Source: Eledone cirrhosa (taxonomy: Eukaryota). Taken from it: 64,000 nt of DNA. Made by a program: the position numbers and the translations under genes. The first letter of the stretch is position 1; each line of letters opens with the position of its first letter. Of this stretch, positions 55,600 through 64,000 are shown in pieces. The stretch covers positions 371,876,001-371,940,000 of the forward strand of contig OZ024740.1 of assembly GCA_964016885.1 (NCBI GenBank). The letters are read 5' to 3'. The notes under the pieces were generated by a model. The model saw nothing but the letters and a program-made list of their open reading frames with translations. It had not been told where the DNA came from and ran no database searches.

Positions 55600-56290
55600 T
55601 GTTGGCCACCCTGGTTGACAATAGTGGGTTTTATTTCTTCCCCTTACTAGTTGTGTACAGAACTGCTTCAGGTGGGTGGTGGCGCTACATGTATGGAATC
55701 ACGATGCTCTCACCCCCACTGCTTCTCCTAAATGGGTGCCATCCAAGAAGACAATATCCTCGGGGATGGAGTCCATGGATTGTTTGTCTAATTGAATCGG
55801 GAGCTGCGCTTTATTCCGGACATGTTCCCTCTTCCCATGCTAATGATTTCGAGGATGGTAACTTATTCTCAATGACGGCATTGTCGGCTACTATTAGCTA
55901 AGAAAATGCTATTTCGGGAGGCACTATTGTCACCATGACAGAGGTGAATGTTTGCCCGTAGTATATTGGTGCAAGGATCAGTTCTTTGCTCCACAATATC
56001 GCGAGGGAATGGAAGTTAGCCGCTACAATGTTGGCAAATCTTGGCTTTACTGTTTCCAAAATTTTGTTTCGCGTGTGTGGGCCTTCTGCTCCCACACGCA
56101 TTGAAGAGTTTTTGAATGTTTAGTTCAGTGGCACGCTCGAATCTGTGAAACTTTGCGCTCATCTGTGGTACGATCTGCCATCTTGCGATAGTTTCGTCAT
56201 TTGTCATTTTGTGCTCATGTTTTTACAAGACACCGTTCACCTTTACCTGCTCTTCTTGGTAGAAAACCTTCTCTAGATATTTGACAGGCC
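55600..56290 (-). mobile_element. Degenerate Tx1-like ORF1 relic
   Basis: LAPIYYGQTFTSVMVTIVPPEI, MDSIPEDIVFLDGT and HTCSATTHLKQFC align by eye with the ORF1 at 51900-52240. Confidence 0.6.
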
Positions 56291-57423
56291 ATAAGAAAGA
56301 CCTGCTGGCTGAATGGCTTGCTGACTTGCTGATTGTCTGAGTAGCTGGCTGACTGGCTGCCTGGCTGGCTAGTTAACTCACAAGTTCGACGGCTGGCCGG
56401 CTATTTGGTTGGTTGGCTGACAGACTATTTACTTGGTTGGCAAGGTGACTGAGTGTCTAGTTGATTGGTTGGCCGTTGCGGCTATTGCATAAAGCTGGAA
56501 AATAGGTTTTATTTTCTGTAACTATAGTGAAGTTGTTTTTATTTCAGTTGGATAGCTGGCTTGCTAACCAACTGATACTGTTCTTATTGGGCGATGATGA
56601 TAGTGGTTGTGTTCGAGTGCACCGAAGATAGAAAATGAAAAAGAGATAACAAAGCCATTTGTTCTGGGGTTACATTTCTGTTTTTGAGACAGAACAAACT
56701 ACTACTAGTACTACTATTGGCCACAAGGTCCGACATGTAGGGGACTACTACTATTAATGACAATGGTTTTGCACCTAGAAAGTTTGACCCCGGTGCACAA
56801 ACCTGAGCAAATAGTGTTTTGTGGAAGACCGGTAGTCGTCTATGCATACTAGTCTCCCCTTCCCACGCCACTGCTGTAGAAGGAGGAGGATATGGGTTAA
56901 GTGCTGTATACTAGAATGTATGCTTCAGCCCGTGCGCGTGAGAAAACGAGATGACAATAGTAATAATCAAGATGATGAGAAGGAGAAGGTGGAGGAAGAT
57001 GCCTATGATATACAGAATGTTGATTATGAGGTGTAGTATATATTGCAAAACTGACAATTACAGAAGTATATATATATATAAAATATACTTGATAAGCAAC
57101 ATTTACAACTATATCATTTGGAATTCTTGGAAGTAAAATAGAATTTTCGGAGTTCTTATCTTGAAGCCAACTAAGTATATTTCAATCTATTAAACAATTC
57201 TTTACTGCGGCTTGGAAAAAGAAGCAAACCAAGTTTCTTGAATCTGAGGAAAATCATGATTGTCGGCACCAGCAACAATTTGGCCACGAGGAGTTAAGAA
57301 TTTAACACGAATGACACGTATCCTTTTGAGAGTGAGAAAAAGAGGTATAGTGAGAAGAAATATAGTGAAGTTTGAATTCTAACTTCTTGTCATGTTTCTG
57401 GGATCAATAAAGTAACACTCTAT

Positions 57424-57912
57424 GGCGGGCGACTGGCAGGCTGCTTAAAGAGCATTATTTCTTACGCATAGAGTTACGGCCCTTGCCATTCTGAGTTCAA
57501 ATCCCGCCGAGGTTAACTTTGCCTTTCATCCTTACGGGGTCGATAAAATAAAGTACCAGTAATGTACTGGGTAATTGCTGGCCTTGTGCCAATAGTAGAA
57601 ACAATTATTTCTTAACTTTGCGGTGGATTGGCAGTATCGGTAGAGGGTCGGACGCCATGCTTTCCAGCATAGTTACGTCCCTTTACGATCTGAGTTCAAA
57701 TCCCGCCGAGGTTGACTTTGCCTTTCATCCTTACGGGGTCGATAAAATAAAAGTACCAGTAATGCACTGGGTAATTGCTGGCCTTGTGCCTAAAGTAGAA
57801 ACAATTATTTCTTAACTTTGCCTTTCTTCCTTATGGGGTTGATAAAATAAAGTACCAGTAATACACTGGGTAATTTCTGGCCTTGTGCCAAAAGTAGAAA
57901 CAATTATTTCTT
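57424..57912 (+). mobile_element. Three tandem SINE family 1 copies (third 5'-truncated)
   Basis: Each copy ends GTAGAAACAATTATTTCTT. Confidence 0.92.
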
Positions 57913-60223
57913 GTGATTCGCTTCGTTCTGCGTACCAATCTAGTACCAATCTACTTTTCCTCGTCCCTTTTAACAGAATCGCCCGATACTTGCGTTCATT
58001 TAGCGAGTCCACTACTTTACAAGCATTTGGATTCGGTCGTCAGTTAAAAGATACCTTCCCATATCTTCCACACCAGTCTCAGAGGCCGCTGAAAAGAGTT
58101 ATATTAGAAGTCTACCCCTTCACTAAGCGATAAAAACAAGTATTATTGAACATTTATTGTGCAATGATTTTCTCACAATGCTAAGGATTTCTCATTTCTA
58201 ATTATATCATAATACATATGAATGTGGAGAAGAAAGAGTATATTCGATTGAATTATAGCTTGAATATTACTGTTACTTATGTTAACAACACTGATTGAAT
58301 GACAATTAAAGTCAGTTAGAAGCGACAAGTTACTACTACTATCTAGTGAGTATCATATTTTATAATTTGATGTTGTTTCGGATAGCAACGAATAAAGTGT
58401 TATATACTAAGTTAAATATGTTTATATGTATAAGTTACTTTAGAAGAAAGAAACTATGTACTGATTTTAGTATAAGGTCACACATTCTAGTGAAAGGGTG
58501 TAGTCAATTGAATCACCTTCCAATTTGGAAGGTTATCTTATGAAAACAACATTTTAAGAAAAAGTTGACGTTGTCAAGATTTGATGTTAGAACATATATA
58601 TAGGGAAGTATCTAGTTATTACTAAATATATTATTGGATGCACAAACGATTTTGTCAGTCACAACCAGGTTCTGTAGTCTCACGCATTCGAACATAAACC
58701 TAGAGACGAGAAACATACGTTATAACCACAGAAATCGCTCTACATATTTTGAGCAACATCGAAAAAAGGATATTAGTACAATTTCAAAATCTATCTGGGT
58801 GAAAACCCAATAACAGCTAAAAGTAGATCAGATGACAAATCTAAAAGGAAAACAATTATAGAAATATAGGATGGTGTCATATAATACAGGTACTAATTTC
58901 ATATAATACAGGTACTTTAACACAAACCTATAAAATATGTAGAGATGTTATGTCAGCAACGAAGATTAGAATCTAATAAGCTCATGAATAAAAGCAAATA
59001 CAAAATAAAGCGAAAGAAAAAGATAACAGGAACTAATATAAACACAAGAACGAAATACAATGAAAATAATGCTGAAAAACAGGATACACGTGAGGATAGT
59101 AAAGATATTCAATACACACAGTAGAAAGACTACACGCTAAAAAAAAAAAAGTCATAAAAATCTAAACATCAGAAATATTGAATGCAGCTATTATATGACA
59201 CGCACCTTTTCCCTATAAGACAAAAAATAACAAAAACAAAAGGAAATATAAACTATTTATAACAAAATAGGAAAAACTTAACTGGATAATACAGGCATAG
59301 CAAAGATCAATATCAGTCATATTGTTGACTTAGGTCGAAGAAGTTATAATCACAGCACAAAACCTTGACATGAGAGAAAAGCCATTTTAACAAGTCAGAA
59401 TAAATAGGCAGCATCAGTAAATAATAGAAAGCTGCAACTGGGCTTTAAGGAATATTCTAGAAAAAGAGAAATGGATATGAATATTGTTGGAATATATCAA
59501 TTGACTGGCACGATCCCAGTGTCATAGCAAAGAAAGCCAACTACACGCTTATGAAACCAAATATCAATCTCGCCAATATAAAAAACGCACATCGAAAATG
59601 AAATATAAACACATAAAAACGCAAAGATACACCCACATAAGTACACTAACCCATAGATTCAGACATGCACATATACACATACATACAAACATATATATTC
59701 AAATATATAAGATAAGATAATCACTTCTATAAGGGTGACATTGTCAGGCTACGATTATAGAAAAAGCAGCAAAGTCATAATGAAACAGGAAATCTAAGTA
59801 TCAGCTGTATAGATAAAAGGTAGCTAATTTCATTAATTATTGCTCAACAGTTATCAGTTCAGAAGAAGCGTTTCCCAGTGCTTATGAACACAGGTTATAT
59901 TCTGTTTTTCCTTTAATTATCTAACTGTCGGAAGAATTTATCAACCAATTGCCCGATTGTATCTGTGAATATTATCTACGTACTATCTTTAAACCAGAGC
60001 TGCACTTTAATCTTTTATAAGAAACATTACTTTTAGCAGGCATTCACATGAAATACAATATGGTTAAAAACGTATATCATGGATGCGTAAATAAGAGGTT
60101 CCCTTTACAACCATATCATCCCTGCTGGATCACACAAGATAGCGTCCCTGGTAAATATCCCCTGCCATAGTCAAGGTTCTATAAGTTCCCAATGATTTAA
60201 ACTAGCTGTAGGAGGTCCACTAT

Positions 60224-60382
<159 letters not shown>

Positions 60383-61328
60383 TTGACGGAACCAGCATGG
60401 ATTTCACTGTTAGTACTGGTTGCATCTCAGCGTACTCAATAGGTAATATTAAGTATATATATATGTTTGCGTGCGGAATATAGACACATCAGCTAGAGAC
60501 TAATGAACCGGCCCATCATTGAAAATACCTTGTGGTATTCATTTTCCTTCCCAGTTGCACAAACACGTCATGGGCACCGTCGTCATCGGTACTGCAGTGC
60601 CTCGGAGATATAGCCATTAGAACCTAATATCCAATGTAAAATGTATGATTTAAATAAAAAGGGATTATATAAATATAAACGTAGTCTCGTATACGTCAAT
60701 CCATGATACTACATTAGGATATAAGAATATCTAATTATTAACATCCCCATGGCATCTATATCTAAATGAATCACAAAGAAATAAAGCTTACTTCTATAAG
60801 CAATGCTACATTGTTATAGCCCGTTGGGAAATGAGCTATGGTAGAATGTCTTCACACGATTATATAGCATGAAAAGTAAATGTTTCTAGTCACTCCAAAG
60901 ATGTCAATGAGAGGAAATCACTTTCAATAAATGTTGTTTGATGGCATCATGGAAATATATTTTAAATAAAAAATTAACAAATAAAAATATCCAGAATTCT
61001 CAAATTATTTCTGTTAATATACTGTCGTCCATAACAATAACGAAATGATTTCCTTCAACAATCACCTATTTTACTGAACAAATAACAGTTCAGACAATAC
61101 CCCCAAAGAAATATTAGATGAAAGAAAACTGTATTCTCCATACATTTCTAAAAATCTTTGACATAGCTATGCATTTTATTGAAGTCATAATTGCTTTGGA
61201 AAAACTATAAATTAAGCATCAAATAAAAAAAGGTGATCAAGAATTATTTTGAAATATAACAGTTTAACAAAGATTAAACTATACAAAAACTAGAATAAAT
61301 TGTAAGACGTCATTTTCACACAACGGGG

Positions 61329-62048
61329 GAAAATAATTAACAATGCCTACAACTTTGGATTAGATACAAGTGTAAAGACAATAGTAATTAAGTTTTCATA
61401 AATTCTAAAGTATAGAAACATAGATACATTATAGTAGATAAAAATACATAATACATACACGAAGGAAAATAAGTTCGATATTACACTTAAGCTCTTATTT
61501 TAAGTATTGGCCTTTATTTAAAAAGGATCTTTAGTGGCAGGTCTGAAATAGGATATACCAAAGATTGTACAACCTGTACACGATCTGGCAACTAACTTGG
61601 CAATCTGAAATCTATGTAATAGAATTGAGGTTCCTAAATTAAGCATATCTGATGTTAACACAACTTATCTGATGTTACACTTTACAGAAAATAATTAACA
61701 ATGCCTACAACTTTGGATTAGATACAAGTGTACAGACAATAGTAATTAAGTTTTCATAAATTCTAAAGTATAGAAACATAGATACATTATAGTAGATAAA
61801 AATACATAATACATACACGAAGGAAAATAAGTTCGATATTACACTTAAGCTCTTATTTTAAGTATTGGCCTTTATTTAAAAAGGATCTTTAGTGGCAGGT
61901 CTGAAATAGGATATACCAAAGATTGTACAACCTGTACACAATCTGGCAACTAACTTGGCAATCTGAAATCTATGTAATAGAATTGAGGTTCCTAAATTAA
62001 GCATATCTGATGTTAACACAACTTATCTGATGTTACACTTTACAGAAC
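61329..62048. repeat. Near-perfect 358-bp tandem duplication
   Basis: AATAATTAACAATGCC at 61332 and 61690; only ~2 mismatches seen. Confidence 0.95.
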
Positions 62049-62535
62049 TACTCGGGAAGGGAAGGGAAAGAATTTCTATTTGTTCTAGCAGATTTGGGTA
62101 TAAGCACAAAGTCTTCCACAATGGATGAGTATCATACAATCAAAAAGGGTTCAATGAGAGGAAAAGCATCAAGTCCATATCGCACAACACGGGGAATTTT
62201 AAAGTCTTGTAGCATCATTCTTTAATTATGTAACGAAGGTTTGATAGAAAGTGACAAATCTCAACAATGATTACTAATTGATATAATACTTCGGCATACA
62301 TTTGATGTCTTGGGTTATATAATAAACTTCCAAGTGATGAGCTAGCATCAATTTCATAAAAAATCAATCATAAACAAAATGATACTAAATGGTACTCAAC
62401 TCCATCTCGATATTAAGCTGAGACCAAATCAAAACGGCTTCAAACGCAAAAGATCAGCTATATCGCACATATATGTTCTCATACAAATAATCGAAGTAAT
62501 TAAAACGAACAATCTAAAACCATTATTAATCTTTG

Positions 62536-62721
62536 GTGGTGGATTGGCAGTATCGGTAGAGGGTCGGACTCCATGCTTTGACGCATAGAGTTACGGCCCT
62601 TTCCATTCTGATTTCAAATTCCGCCGAGGTTAACTTTGCCTTTCATCCTTACGGGGTCGATAAAATAAAGTACCAGTAATACACTGGTTAATTGCTGGCC
62701 TTGTGCCCAAAAGTAGAAACA
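62536..62721 (+). mobile_element. SINE family 1 with 14-bp TSD
   Basis: ATTATTAATCTTTG at 62522-62535 and 62722-62735. Confidence 0.93.
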
Positions 62722-63554
62722 ATTATTAATCTTTGTCAGTTTCAATAAGTATTTGATCGAATTCACAGAGGGAACTGATGACAATTCTCCGTGTTTATGG
62801 AATTCCGGAGCAAGCTATGAATGCACTTACCTTACTCTATTAAGATACAATAGTTAGTGCGTTGATCAAAACTGGTGAAACAGACCACTTCGATATTTTC
62901 GCAAGTGTATTACAGGGCAATGTCCTGGTACCCGTATCTTCTCAAACTTTTAATTGACTATAAAATGAAACAAGCTATTGATGACAAATCTGAAGAACTT
63001 TACTTCAAACGCGCAATAAATAAAAGTAACTGTGTACCATCAATGAGAGTATCTGGTCTCATGTATGCTCATGCCACAGTCTTGCAATCATAAGAGATAC
63101 GTAAAGCACAAGAACTGCTTGAAAGGTTAGAGAAGGAAGCTGAGAAAGTCGGTTGATTTACCAATACTAAGAAAACAGAGTTCATACAATTCGAATATAC
63201 AGATCCAGTGATCATAAGCTAAAACATTTGGTCAGCTAAAGTTGTTGAAAATTTGAATATCTTGGATCTTGGATAGCAAGATTAAAAATGGTACCGGCGA
63301 AGGAAATGCGTTTACGTGACATAGACGTATTGCGGCATTCTGTATTAACAACTTAAAGTGTTATAAACATTATTTAATGGTATCATTCTCATGAAGTAGG
63401 ACATCTTAAGGAATTTAAACACACCCACACACATATGCACACATATAATTTATGAGCAAAGCTACGTATTTATAGTGTAGACGGGTGAGATTTTAAGGAA
63501 TGCGTTACTTTATGAAAGTTACGACCAGCACAAAATTGAAACGGAATTATAACA

Positions 63555-63632
63555 ATACTACTACTACTACTACTGCTGCTGCCACCACTGCTGCCACCAC
63601 TGCTGCTGCCGCTGTTGCTGCTACTACTACTA

Positions 63633-63667
<35 letters not shown>

Positions 63668-63702
63668 ACTACTACTACTACTGCTGCCACTGCTGCTGCA
63701 GA

Positions 63703-63783
<81 letters not shown>
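63555..63783. repeat. (CTA)n/(CTG)n microsatellite
   Basis: Direct reading. Confidence 0.98.
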
Positions 63784-64000
63784 GTTGTCCCAATTTCACG
63801 TTTTTGGCTTCTTTTATACTACTTATACTAATAATGTTGGCCAAATCTCGCCGAGCTCTCTTTTACTTTAAAATTTCATCTCCTACAACACGAAGAAAAC
63901 GAAATTGCAAGGGAGAAATATCAAATGTAATCTGTTCAATCAGCCAGCTTATCAAATTAGATTAATTATATGGAGATAATTCCTGTAGATTCACAGAAGC

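Larger units (their letters stand above)
60560..63290 (+). mobile_element. Highly degenerate RTE-like LINE
   Basis: LRPNQNGFKRKRSAISHIYVLIQIIE, VLQGNVLVPYL and YLGSWI relics. 5' limit uncertain. Confidence 0.65.

Noticed and set aside
57620-57710. tRNA gene (box A / box B)
   Set aside because: It is the tRNA-derived head of a multi-copy SINE, with no complete cloverleaf.
58330-59830. Possible very old LINE relic (also ~10000-10700, minus strand)
   Set aside because: Only vague motif traces; not supportable without a profile search.

Overview
Eukaryotic, very AT-rich, microsatellite-dense DNA. The SINE family and repeat landscape suggest an octopod cephalopod (inference). No host protein-coding gene can be supported, and most ORFs in the track are simple-repeat artefacts. 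The window is a retroelement graveyard: degenerate RTE-like LINEs, two Tx1/L1-clade pieces plus an old ORF1 relic, a near-full-length R4/Dong-clade RLE LINE, about a dozen tRNA-derived SINEs, and Penelope-like elements (PLEs), including a 5'-truncated Naiad-like RT/GIY-YIG copy. The striking unexplained structure is a set of non-coding elements lying between (TA)n tracts, mostly as inverted repeats. Read by eye, they carry at least seven unrelated type-I minimal hammerhead-ribozyme (HHR) motifs with short, mostly palindromic stem III. One family is a ~425-nt non-coding unit with one HHR. It occurs at two loci as head-to-head arms in different circular permutations, the pattern expected of a retrozyme-like circular RNA copied into (TA)n by PLE machinery. 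All folds and alignments are manual; boundaries of degenerate elements are approximate.
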